Shown in pieces: positions 47,812-57,265 of a DNA stretch of 64,000 nucleotides. The DNA comes from a virus. The notes under the pieces are model-generated. The model did no database searches and was not told the origin of the DNA. It saw only the letters and a program-made list of their open reading frames with translations. The stretch covers positions 31,002 to 95,001 of IMG/VR virus record IMGVR_UViG_3300035698_017588. One strand, written 5' to 3'. The position numbers and the translations under genes were made by a program. Positions within the stretch are counted from its first letter, which is position 1; every line of letters starts with the position of its first letter.

Positions 47812-48581
47812 CTTGAATGATCTTCAAAGTAAATGTCGGAATTGACGGTTTCAGGAATCAAGTCAGAGACTTTCTCTTCGTATTGCCGAATCTTGCCTCC
47901 ATTTCTGGAATCAGAAAGCAAACGATTCAGAGTCCGAATGTCCCTAATATCTTGATCATCAATGTACATGTCAAGAGCAATTCTCTTAACACGTTCGATA
48001 TAGGGTGGCATCGTAGCATCAATGTCTTGAGGCGACAGAACCGGACTAAAGTCCTGAGTTCTGACCAAGTCACGAGTATAGCCAACATGAGCTGGGACAC
48101 GGCTAGTCCGGAACACCATATCCCACTGCATACCACGCCTTTGCCATTCTTCTTCATCGACATCATCCGGTCGATCTTGATCAGTCCAGTATGAGTAATC
48201 GGTAACAGCGAGATCCGGCAAAGAATTGTTCAACATGTCGACGAAAGAATCATGCTGAGTGAACACGAGAATCAGGAACCCATCCCCGGTAGGGAAAAGA
48301 ACCGTTGAGCATGAATAATCGACGCTGGGATCTCGCTCCCCTGCCAAGACGTTTTTCATACGATCATTGATGTCATTTCTAACAAAGCCAGCTGGGTTGA
48401 CCTTCGATGGTCCAAGCCCGACTGACCAGAGATCATAGAAATAGACAATTTCACGAGTCACGTAATCTGTGAACATTTCTCCAGCTTCTTCCTTCACCTT
48501 GACGGCGAGAGAACTGAGAGCCGTATGTAAATGGTTCAGTGGTGACTCAGTTCGAAACGCATTGTAAAGGTTAAGATTCAT
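47808..48581 (-). CDS. Hypothetical phage protein
   Basis: 257 aa; DYSYW..DRPDDVDEEEWQRR..W. Confidence 0.65.
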   Translation of the reverse strand: MNLNLYNAFRTESPLNHLHTALSSLAVKVKEEAGEMFTDYVTREIVYFYDLWSVGLGPSKVNPAGFVRNDINDRMKNVLAGERDPSVDYSCSTVLFPTGDGFLILVFTQHDSFVDMLNNSLPDLAVTDYSYWTDQDRPDDVDEEEWQRRGMQWDMVFRTSRVPAHVGYTRDLVRTQDFSPVLSPQDIDATMPPYIERVKRIALDMYIDDQDIRDIRTLNRLLSDSRNGGKIRQYEEKVSDLIPETVNSDIYFEDHSR

Positions 48582-49275
48582 GGATATTTCCTGTTCGGTG
48601 TCGTGGGCGACGGTGCAAGATACGTGGGTTGCTTACCTGAACTGTAGCGTTCTTTATGATGGAACAGCAGTTGGAGCATTGAGTAGGGGTGATTACCTAC
48701 TCATTAAAAAACATGATGGAAGTGTCTCGATCCACGGTGGCAGTTTAAATCAACCACGCAACTACATCCGTTGTACAGAAGTAAAGACCAAAGAAAAATC
48801 CATCATATTTATCAACAAGAAGGAACGTTTGGTAGTTGAAGTAGCGAAGCTCCATTGGATGCAACCAATAAGATCATGGTCAGAAAACAAAGTCGCCATC
48901 TACAAAAGCGAACGACAACTGGTCGAGAAATTCTGCAAGAATATCAAAACACTTCTACCAGAAGCATATGGCGGAGAAGTGGTTCTTGAGTACCGGATTC
49001 CTGGAAATGGAACAGTCGATATCGGAATCTTCAAGCCCAACGAAACTTGGCTGATTGAAGTCAAGAGAAAAAGAGCGACACAGGCAACAACCGGCCAGAT
49101 TCTAAAATACCGTGATCATTACTCCGAAGAGCATCAACCCAATCTTCTGCTTGTAGCCCCTGATATCTCAGACAACGGGCTCGCTTACGCTGAATCGAAC
49201 AATATTCGGTTCATCCCTCTTGATTGGGACCCGATTCCCGGCGATTTTGAGAGACTGCTCGCAAAAAGTCGGTGA
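48580..49275 (+). CDS. nucS: NucS/EndoMS-like mismatch endonuclease
   Basis: CSVLYDG, LLIKKHDGSVSIH, PRNY, SERQL, VDI..LIEVK, GQILKY, LLVAPDIS. Confidence 0.8.
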   Translation: MDISCSVSWATVQDTWVAYLNCSVLYDGTAVGALSRGDYLLIKKHDGSVSIHGGSLNQPRNYIRCTEVKTKEKSIIFINKKERLVVEVAKLHWMQPIRSWSENKVAIYKSERQLVEKFCKNIKTLLPEAYGGEVVLEYRIPGNGTVDIGIFKPNETWLIEVKRKRATQATTGQILKYRDHYSEEHQPNLLLVAPDISDNGLAYAESNNIRFIPLDWDPIPGDFERLLAKSR

Positions 49276-49290
49276 AGAGTGGGACTTACC

Positions 49291-50052
49291 CTAATAGAGT
49301 CCGCCAATTAAATCGCCAGTACGGCTCTGCCAAGCCTGAATGAAATTAGCAGCTTCTAACATTCGATCAGGCGTACCACAATCGAACCAAGCTTGATGAA
49401 TTCGATTATAGGTCACGTGCTTACGCTTGATGTAAAGATTAATCAGATCCGTAATCTCATATTGACCACGGGAGCCCTTCTCCAATTCTCTAGCGTAAGC
49501 TGGAGCATCTGCATCAAAATGATAGGCACCAGTAACAGCCCATTGTGATGGCGGCTGCAGAGGCTTCTCGACAACGAAATCGATAACGCGATACTCACCA
49601 AAAGACACCACACCATAATCTGACGGATCAGCTACCTTGCAAATGTTCAAGGAATTTGGAGCCGGAGGATTACCAACATTATCGATGAAAATATTGTCGC
49701 CCAATAGCAAGGTCGATGGCCGACCATGAAGCCAATTATCCGCAATAGTATAAGCCTGAGCAATACCGCCAGTAGGATCATCTTGAATCGTGTAAAAGAT
49801 TCTAACATCGTCACGGACTTGCATATCCAGAAGATCTCTAGTCAATTCTAGACTACGTTGACCGTTCGTGATTACCATTATATCCTTAATTCCAGCCGTA
49901 ACCATGGTTGAAATAGGATACAGAATCATCGGTTTATCATAGACCGGCAAAAGATGTTTAGAAATCACATCAGTGCACGGAGTAAGACGAGTTCCAAGAC
50001 CACCAGCAAGGATAATGCCAGCTCTATCTTTCAAACCATTCATCATTATCAA
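49291..50052 (-). CDS. rmlA: Glucose-1-phosphate thymidylyltransferase
   Basis: GIILAGGLGTRL, SKHLLPVYDKPMI, LGDNIF, VEKP, RGQYEITD. Confidence 0.92.
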   Translation of the reverse strand: MIMMNGLKDRAGIILAGGLGTRLTPCTDVISKHLLPVYDKPMILYPISTMVTAGIKDIMVITNGQRSLELTRDLLDMQVRDDVRIFYTIQDDPTGGIAQAYTIADNWLHGRPSTLLLGDNIFIDNVGNPPAPNSLNICKVADPSDYGVVSFGEYRVIDFVVEKPLQPPSQWAVTGAYHFDADAPAYARELEKGSRGQYEITDLINLYIKRKHVTYNRIHQAWFDCGTPDRMLEAANFIQAWQSRTGDLIGGLY

Positions 50053-50977
50053 GATACCATTTTACAGTAGAACGAAGATCTTTATCGACCGATTTCTGAG
50101 GTTTCCAGTTCCAACGAGAACAAGCACTGTAATTATCAACGCTGTAACGAAAATCGTGACCCGGTCGGTCAGCCACATGATTCATTAAACGACGAAGACC
50201 TCGATATCCAGACAAAGTCTCATAATGGTCGATGATTTGTTCTACGATCTGATTGTTAGTCAGACAATCTTTGGCACCAACAACGATTGATTCGTCATAA
50301 TGCGACGAATTCATCACAGTCCAAATGAATGAACAAAAATCGTCGACATGAATCCAATCCCGGATGTTACTACCATCACCATAAATATGGATCGGGTTTT
50401 TCAGCATCAATGATTGGATTGTCTTCGGAATGAACTTGTTTGCAGCTTGATGAGGACCGAAGTTGTTCGTACAATTAATCGTAGTGGCGTTAAGGCCATA
50501 TGTCTGACGATAAGATCGCACCAAATGATCACAAGCAGCTTTCGAGGCTGAATATGGTGAATTTGGTCGGTATTGTGATTCTACTGTGAATAGAGGATCA
50601 TGCTCATCATCTAATGAACCAAAGACCTCATCAGTCGAAATATGGATCAAACGAGCATCAAAATGCCGGGCTAATTCCAGAACGTTCTGAGTAGCCGCCA
50701 CATTATTCATAACCGTCGATATGGGATTTCTAATGCTGACGTCAACATGTGACTGAGCAGCAAAATGCACGATAACATGGATACCATCAGTATCGATTAA
50801 TCGAGAGGGTACTCCTTCAGCCAAATCAGCAAGAATATGAGAATAACTGTCAGGACCACCCAAAATATAACTCGGGTTGACTTTATCAACACCCACTACC
50901 GAGATATTACTACCCCTCAAGCTCTTTCGAAAGTTGGTCCCAATGAAGCCCGAGGCTCCGGTAATCAATAATCGCAT
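50024..50977 (-). CDS. rmlB: dTDP-glucose 4,6-dehydratase
   Basis: ITGASGFIG, HFAAQSHVD, ISTDEVFG, PYSASKA, DRPGHDFRY. Confidence 0.93.
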   Translation of the reverse strand: MRLLITGASGFIGTNFRKSLRGSNISVVGVDKVNPSYILGGPDSYSHILADLAEGVPSRLIDTDGIHVIVHFAAQSHVDVSIRNPISTVMNNVAATQNVLELARHFDARLIHISTDEVFGSLDDEHDPLFTVESQYRPNSPYSASKAACDHLVRSYRQTYGLNATTINCTNNFGPHQAANKFIPKTIQSLMLKNPIHIYGDGSNIRDWIHVDDFCSFIWTVMNSSHYDESIVVGAKDCLTNNQIVEQIIDHYETLSGYRGLRRLMNHVADRPGHDFRYSVDNYSACSRWNWKPQKSVDKDLRSTVKWYLDNDEWFER

Positions 50978-51818
50978 TCGAATCAGATCTGTTAGCAAAG
51001 CACCGGTCCACAGCTGCACTTACATCAGTCCATTGCACTCCGGCTTCTGTCGATTTCTCATTAGAAATAACACAATTAGACCTGGGTACGTCAACAAAAG
51101 AATTAAATTCTTCGATGGTCATCCACTTCGGCGAATTTACGAATCCATGTTTTTCTGCAATCGCTAGAACTTCGGGAGCCGTGATCGGACCAGTATTCAC
51201 CATATTATAAACACCAGGCTCAATATCAAACTCCCAAAACAATGGGAGATTAGCAACGAATTCTTCCACCCAAGTAACACTATTCTGGGTAACAACCTGC
51301 TGATCGTAAGCCAATAATTTATCAAGGTAATTCCTCGATCCTTCTCGAATCGAAAACGGCATCCGGATTCGCCAGATATAACAGTTATCCTTGACTACCT
51401 TTTCTCCATGAGCCTTTGTGCCTGAATACCAACTAGAATTGTCAGTCTCAAATGAGAAATTAGGGGCATCAGTCTCATCGAAGACCTTATCATAGCCATC
51501 GTAAAGGCATCCAGAGCTAATGTGACCCCAATTCACATCAGCTGTCTTGGTAGCAATTGAAATTATCTCAGGAAGGATAACGTTCGCACGGTAACATTCA
51601 TATTTCTCTTCTTCACAAGCGGCTACATTGGGCTTGCCAGTATAACCAGCAGCATTGATCACAAAATCGCAACGTCCGTTAATAAAGTCGAATAACTCGA
51701 ACGGATGATAATAGTCCAACTCCACACGGCTTGGAGCTACATATGGAATTTTACATTGGTCAAGGTATTCAAGAATGAATGAACCAATATAACCAGAACC
51801 ACCTAGAACAAGAATCAT
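50910..51818 (-). CDS. RmlD-like / bifunctional 3,5-epimerase-4-reductase (NRS/ER type)
   Basis: GGSGYIG, NAAGYTGKPNV..CE, HISSGC, YSGTK, RIRMP. Confidence 0.8.
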   Translation of the reverse strand: MILVLGGSGYIGSFILEYLDQCKIPYVAPSRVELDYYHPFELFDFINGRCDFVINAAGYTGKPNVAACEEEKYECYRANVILPEIISIATKTADVNWGHISSGCLYDGYDKVFDETDAPNFSFETDNSSWYSGTKAHGEKVVKDNCYIWRIRMPFSIREGSRNYLDKLLAYDQQVVTQNSVTWVEEFVANLPLFWEFDIEPGVYNMVNTGPITAPEVLAIAEKHGFVNSPKWMTIEEFNSFVDVPRSNCVISNEKSTEAGVQWTDVSAAVDRCFANRSDSNAIIDYRSLGLHWDQLSKELEG

Positions 51819-51853
51819 GAAACCTACCTCTGATAAACAATTTTGTGGTTTAT

Positions 51854-52243
51854 CTAGAGACCAATCGCTTCATTGGGTGTCTTGAATCCGTCTTCAGCAT
51901 CATCCGGATCGACAGGTTGGATTTCTTGCATTATCTTGTCAGTGATTATATCCACACTCTGACAATGTGGACATCGATAAGCATCAGGTTCATATGCGGT
52001 TATATCAGATAAATCACCGCAGTTCACCCAATACACTTCTTCACAAGCTTTACATTTAATAGAAGAAAGTGCTTGGCTTGATTCATTTCGGAACACGACC
52101 GCATTGTACATCAATGATCTGGTCATTTCAGCATAATTCAGAATATAGTTGACAGCCTGCCGATCAGCGGGCATTAAGTAAACTTTCAGAAATTTAAGAA
52201 TCGCTATATTTTCATCAAGCAGGTTAACCACGATCAGCTCCAA
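51854..52243 (-). CDS. Hypothetical zinc-ribbon protein
   Basis: CKAC..CPHC. Confidence 0.5.
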   Translation of the reverse strand: MELIVVNLLDENIAILKFLKVYLMPADRQAVNYILNYAEMTRSLMYNAVVFRNESSQALSSIKCKACEEVYWVNCGDLSDITAYEPDAYRCPHCQSVDIITDKIMQEIQPVDPDDAEDGFKTPNEAIGL

Positions 52244-52922
52244 TCTTGCGTAATTCGACTTTTTTCAATGGCATATTAGAATGTTCACAGTGGCGTCGTT
52301 CCAGTGAACATGGATTATTGAAGTAAAGAACAAGATCCTCTTTGACTTGCAAAAATTTCTCACCACCCCGACGCCATTTCTGCCACATCATTGCATCACT
52401 GATGATTTGAAAGTCTTCAAACATCCCATATTTATCATGCAACGTACGACGCCAAACAGGACAAGGACCCATGGTCCCACCAGGGAAAGGCTGACGTGAC
52501 AAACCACCCTTATATTGCCATGTCTCGTGGTCAAATTGGTTAGGAATACCAGATTGTAGAACGTAAGAATAAGCCGTGGCGTAAGACTTATTCAAACTGA
52601 GAACGTTCGTCATTTTCTTGATGTAATCAGGGTGCCACATGTCATCAACATTAGCATTGACAACATACTCAGTATTGCACTGACTGATTCCATTATTCCA
52701 GGTGGAATAAAGACCAACATGGTCTTCATACCGAATTTCAGACACGTTCTCATTCTCTTTCAGAAAATCAGCATAAATTTCAGCTTCATTTTCTAAATTC
52801 TGGCAATTCAATAAGACAACATCCATTTCGTCGAACGCAGATTGACGACGAAGATTCTCTATCTTCGCTTCCAGAAACTTGTCTGCTTTATAAAGCCCGA
52901 CCAATACCGTTATCTTTTTCAT
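52224..52922 (-). CDS. GT2-family glycosyltransferase
   Basis: WNNGI, YVVNANVDD, PCPVWRR..HDKYG.F, SDAMMW. Confidence 0.82.
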   Translation of the reverse strand: MKKITVLVGLYKADKFLEAKIENLRRQSAFDEMDVVLLNCQNLENEAEIYADFLKENENVSEIRYEDHVGLYSTWNNGISQCNTEYVVNANVDDMWHPDYIKKMTNVLSLNKSYATAYSYVLQSGIPNQFDHETWQYKGGLSRQPFPGGTMGPCPVWRRTLHDKYGMFEDFQIISDAMMWQKWRRGGEKFLQVKEDLVLYFNNPCSLERRHCEHSNMPLKKVELRKIGADRG

Positions 52923-52974
52923 ACAATCACAAATCGTTTTTCTAGAGTGTTACATCAAACAGTATTCGCTGGAG

Positions 52975-53529
52975 ATGGTTATGAGGTCCAACATTCAACA
53001 TCGAAACAGTTTATCTACCGTGGATAGCGAGATTACGCCCCAAAAGCCTACTAGAACAAATGGAGTAGCAAAAAGGTATATAATACTAAAACGCGACAAA
53101 TTCCGTTGCCATTACTGTCAAGGCACACTAAACATGGACGGAATGACAATCGACCACAAAATCCCAAAAGCCTACAACGGCAGCAACGACAACAGCAATC
53201 TTGTAGCAAGCTGCATCGAATGCAACCAATTAAAAGGCACGATCCCCTACAATGTCTTCATGGAGGCCATGCTTGGTGGCTACATCGAAGAATTAATCGA
53301 AGATCACCGTGCTTTGTTATCAGCTTTCGATAGGGTCAAAAACCAAGGCACCGAATTAGCAAAGAAGATCGTAAATCATTCGGCCATTGTTCGATCAATC
53401 GGTCGACACCTCGAAAGAGGCGAAGTCAATCTGGATATTCTAGAAGACCTCGAACAGCATATCGAAATGCTTGGACGACTCAAGAACGATTACGAAGAAT
53501 ATGTCTGCCACCATGCCCCGGATTTTTAG
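52975..53529 (+). CDS. HNH endonuclease
   Basis: RDKFRCHYC..TIDHKIP..G..NLVASCIECNQLKG. Confidence 0.88.
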   Translation: MVMRSNIQHRNSLSTVDSEITPQKPTRTNGVAKRYIILKRDKFRCHYCQGTLNMDGMTIDHKIPKAYNGSNDNSNLVASCIECNQLKGTIPYNVFMEAMLGGYIEELIEDHRALLSAFDRVKNQGTELAKKIVNHSAIVRSIGRHLERGEVNLDILEDLEQHIEMLGRLKNDYEEYVCHHAPDF

Positions 53530-53721
53530 AGAGGAAAACCAATAGCAACGGTTTTCTCATTCGTCGACGCTAATACGCGATCAATGATCTTTCCCCTATT
53601 CTCTTTACACTCAGGACATATATCCACTGATGGTCTTGGGGCCACAGTAGACCAGTTGTCCCACAATTTTATGGTTTCTTCTACTTCTGTTTTACAGAAG
53701 TCGCATATCTCAGTAATCATA

Positions 53722-54666
53722 TCAATTTTTCTCGAAAATCCACGGAAAACCGTCTTCTATCCTTCCTTTGAATCCACAGGCGTTCTTGTGGCCACCGCCA
53801 CCCCAAGCAGAAGCAATAACGGAAGCGTCAAAGGAAGGCACAGAACGAACAGAAAACAACAACCCGCCATCTGGGAAAATGGAGTACATGATGGCGACTT
53901 CAACTCTTTCATTATCTGGCTTCTCTGTTTCTAATTCCAAGATCCTGTGTCCAGTCATGCTTATCAATTCACGGACTGAACAATTAACAACTTTGGCCCT
54001 CACCGTGTTACCACGTTCAGGACCAGTGTAAAGCTCTACTAAATTCGCATACTCAGCTAACTCATCGGCCATCCGATTTTGAGTTTCTAGAATCATCGAA
54101 CCTTTTTCACGTATCTGCCTGAATCCAGCGGCACCATTCAATTCTTCGGCAACAAAATCCCACACTGAAAATTCGAAAGCCAAAGTTTGGAGATAAGCAT
54201 TGACCTCATGTGAATACTCCACATTCCAATTCCACAGATCACGATCCTTCACGAAATCAATTATCGACGGCATCTCACCATCGAAGTAATGAGGATGTTG
54301 AGCCTGCATTTCCCTATACAAGAGGCTCGCACCACATTCATCCTCATCGAAGATTGCGAAGTCTAGATCTTTCAAGGCCGCAGCAGCAGTCTTATGGTGA
54401 TCAAGAACCAAAACACTCCGAGCGACCTTCTGAATATCGAGTAAATCGTCCTCAGAAAAAGAGAGATCGACTACCAAAATATTCTTGCCCGCGAATTTCT
54501 CAAGATCCTGTTCATTAATCTTGGTCGAGGGACCTAAAGCAATATACTCAATGTCTTGTAAACCATAGTCGCCGACCGTAGACCAGACAAGCCAAGCACA
54601 ACAAAAACCATCACCACAATTTCGGTGATAAATGCAAATGTCAGTCTGAGAAAAGTCAAAATTCAT
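53722..54666 (-). CDS. DHH/DHHA1 phosphoesterase
   Basis: YHRNCGDG, VVDLS, LDHH, DRDLW, SVRS, GGGGHKNACGF. Confidence 0.9.
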   Translation of the reverse strand: MNFDFSQTDICIYHRNCGDGFCCAWLVWSTVGDYGLQDIEYIALGPSTKINEQDLEKFAGKNILVVDLSFSEDDLLDIQKVARSVLVLDHHKTAAAALKDLDFAIFDEDECGASLLYREMQAQHPHYFDGEMPSIIDFVKDRDLWNWNVEYSHEVNAYLQTLAFEFSVWDFVAEELNGAAGFRQIREKGSMILETQNRMADELAEYANLVELYTGPERGNTVRAKVVNCSVRELISMTGHRILELETEKPDNERVEVAIMYSIFPDGGLLFSVRSVPSFDASVIASAWGGGGHKNACGFKGRIEDGFPWIFEKN

Positions 54667-54891
54667 GTAGTTCCCGAATCTTTCTTGGTTTTAAGTGCAC
54701 ACAACTCTTTTTGGCGATCCTGCTGAGCCTGACACCGGGCCTCTCTTTCTTTGGCGGAAAGAGCCCTAAGATCTTGCATAGTCTGCACGTATGTCGGCAT
54801 ATCCTGATTGTCAGGTGTCGCACCACTATGAATCAGTTTAGTGCAAGGAGGAGTGGGATGAAACCCCATCTCTCTCAATGAAATAGACTTC

Positions 54892-55458
54892 TTAGAATCC
54901 GTCACGTTCAGGGCTCATTCTTTTTGGTTTGACACCAACTAATGCAATGACCCATTCTAGACCACGCCAGAAATTTAATACTTCAAGAATTGCATTAGTG
55001 GCATTAGTCAATGTGCAATAATATTTATTGTACGGAGGTATGTGGTGCATAGCATGTTGCTTCTTAGACTGAATCAACCCAGTATCCCATAAGAATTTGA
55101 TAACAGGATTTTTAGACTTACTATGATTCCAGGTGTGGACTTCATTTCCGAAGCTAGCAAGAACGGCAGTCAACACAATCGTCCAATGTAGCCAACCGAA
55201 CAACCAAAACAAAATGATCGCCCCAAGAGCTATCACAAAAGGCTGATAGTTACGGCTAATAAAGGTACTCATGTACCCTATCAAACCAGGATTACGATGA
55301 TGGTCGATATTAGGAACAACTACCGACTCACCTATCAAAGGCCACGTAGGAAGACCGTACGTATCTTCCAGCCAATGAAAAAGACCGGTTAAGAAATCAG
55401 CAATTAATATACACAGTGCGATTTTAAATAACATCCTAAGTTCCCCCGAACGAAGCAA
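54892..55458 (-). CDS. CarF/TMEM189 (FAD4/Kua-family) lipid desaturase
   Basis: ADFLTGLFHWLEDTYG, HHRNP, NEVHTWNH, HAMHH, YCTLTN; transmembrane segments. Confidence 0.85.
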   Translation of the reverse strand: MLRSGELRMLFKIALCILIADFLTGLFHWLEDTYGLPTWPLIGESVVVPNIDHHRNPGLIGYMSTFISRNYQPFVIALGAIILFWLFGWLHWTIVLTAVLASFGNEVHTWNHSKSKNPVIKFLWDTGLIQSKKQHAMHHIPPYNKYYCTLTNATNAILEVLNFWRGLEWVIALVGVKPKRMSPERDGF

Positions 55459-55474
55459 CTTAGGTTTGAAGAGA

Positions 55475-55999
55475 TTACACTCGCATAGTGTTAAGAATAG
55501 TAATTGCAGAAGGGTCCCAAACTACCGCATACTGATCTCCACCCGTGTCAGAAGAATCGGGTAAAGCAAGAGACCATCTAAACAATTTCAGAACGTTCTT
55601 AGCCCAAACGTCCTCTTGATGGCGATAAAAATCGATCCAAACTTGTTGTATTAGATCATGTGGGCCTTCTGTAGAGTCGAGCGTCAAATCAAGGGCCTGA
55701 TTTAATGCTTCACGAGGATTCTCTCCCCAATTTTCTAAATGCGTGCGTGCTTGGGGAGCGGACTTCATCATCCTAGCCACACGAGAACGGAGCCTACTAG
55801 TATCCCCAACATTGGGACATACATTCGAGACATTAATATCACACTTTTGTAAGACACCCTCCGGCCCATCTGCGTAGCCTTTGGCCACTTTCTCATTATC
55901 CGTGAAATACCACCCCGGCCCATACTGATCATTACCCTGCCCAAGCGAGGAAAGGTCCCACGTCTTGCGGGGTCTGAGTGAACCGTGATAAAAAATCAT
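55475..55999 (-). CDS. ADP-ribosyltransferase-like protein
   Basis: FYHGS, YGPGWYFTD..VAKGYA, YAVVWDP. Confidence 0.65.
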   Translation of the reverse strand: MIFYHGSLRPRKTWDLSSLGQGNDQYGPGWYFTDNEKVAKGYADGPEGVLQKCDINVSNVCPNVGDTSRLRSRVARMMKSAPQARTHLENWGENPREALNQALDLTLDSTEGPHDLIQQVWIDFYRHQEDVWAKNVLKLFRWSLALPDSSDTGGDQYAVVWDPSAITILNTMRV

Positions 56000-56427
56000 T
56001 TCTTAGATCTGATACTTTGGAGTACACGCTTGACAAATCCGAGATTGTGCCTCTCATAAAAATGAGTCTTTCTCAGATTTGGACCATTGCGATAGTAAAT
56101 TGCCGTGAAGGGTAATGACATTTTATTATCACCCAAGATTTTCACTGCGATCTCTCGATCATTGTCGTAATCCAGTATTGCCAAATGGTAGTCGGCTTTG
56201 TCTCGAATTACTTCGTTCGCTGCCGAAACTATCGCATCTGCTTTATACTGGAGACAGGGGGCACACCATGACGCACCGAGAACAACTACTAACGGTTTGC
56301 CGGTTCGTTTGTGTTCTTCGACAGCATTCTGATACTCAAAGCGAGCGTCTTTCAGAACATCTGTAGGACTTTGAGCTTGAGCCGTCGTAGCGACCATTAC
56401 CAAAATCAGGCAGATCAAGTAACGCAT
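55996..56427 (-). CDS. Secreted thioredoxin-fold protein
   Basis: Signal peptide, GKPLVVVLGASWCAPC. Confidence 0.8.
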   Translation of the reverse strand: MRYLICLILVMVATTAQAQSPTDVLKDARFEYQNAVEEHKRTGKPLVVVLGASWCAPCLQYKADAIVSAANEVIRDKADYHLAILDYDNDREIAVKILGDNKMSLPFTAIYYRNGPNLRKTHFYERHNLGFVKRVLQSIRSKK

Positions 56428-56484
56428 TGATTTTTATTCCTTTAAAGTGTGGGTACGAATCCATGTTGTCGATCAAGGTGTTAA

Positions 56485-56724
56485 TTAGTTTTGGTCTTCA
56501 TCCGCAAGATTACACAAGTGATGACCGAATGACTTAAAACGCTTATCATCCGTTTCGGTTTCCAACAACAATTGCCCAAGTGCTAATGCAAAATCAAAAT
56601 CGAGTTTACACTGAATCATTGAACTTACTTCGAAGTGCTTAACACGATCCTTTTTGGGCTTGCAACGCTTTTTGGGAGCATCAGAAGGATACGAATCAGG
56701 CGTATGGGGATATTCGTCAGACAT
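56485..56724 (-). CDS. Hypothetical protein
   Basis: 79-aa ORF. Confidence 0.5.
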   Translation of the reverse strand: MSDEYPHTPDSYPSDAPKKRCKPKKDRVKHFEVSSMIQCKLDFDFALALGQLLLETETDDKRFKSFGHHLCNLADEDQN

Positions 56725-56804
56725 TAAAAAATCTCTAGAAGATTAGCGACAAAGAAATATTCATCGATTAAGGATTAAATTCCGAAATCTAATTTTTGTG
56801 GCAG

Positions 56805-57185
56805 CTACCTATCTTGGGCATCAGCCATATCAGCAAAAGAATCATAGATCGGGGCGTCCATGTCCAATTTCCGGCGATCATAAAGACCAATCCGTTCACA
56901 GATCCGCATCATTTGGGAAGGACGTTCTTCTTTCTCCATAAGAATCAAAGCACCAGCACAATGCTTAGCCTTCTTCTCGACTTCATCAGGCAATAGATCG
57001 CCTTCCTCATGCCCAGCTTTTTCGAGCGTGTTATAATCAAGCGTTTTGTGATACGGGAAAGACCCTCTCTCTAAAGAGTCTTCGAGATCCTGGACACGAT
57101 CATAAGTTAGGTACGCTTTGATATCGCACCGGAAGGGGCAATCTGAACACGGTTCATATTTATCATAATCCATTAAATCATCCAA
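56805..57185 (-). CDS. Hypothetical phage protein
   Basis: PCSDCPFR..FPYHKT..HCAGAL pattern. Confidence 0.65.
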   Translation of the reverse strand: MDDLMDYDKYEPCSDCPFRCDIKAYLTYDRVQDLEDSLERGSFPYHKTLDYNTLEKAGHEEGDLLPDEVEKKAKHCAGALILMEKEERPSQMMRICERIGLYDRRKLDMDAPIYDSFADMADAQDR

Positions 57186-57265
57186 TCAATCTTACGGCAT
57201 TGAGCAATCTGTTTGAATGTACCGACCCCGAACAAAATCGACGAAAGATCGATCCTGACGTCCAA

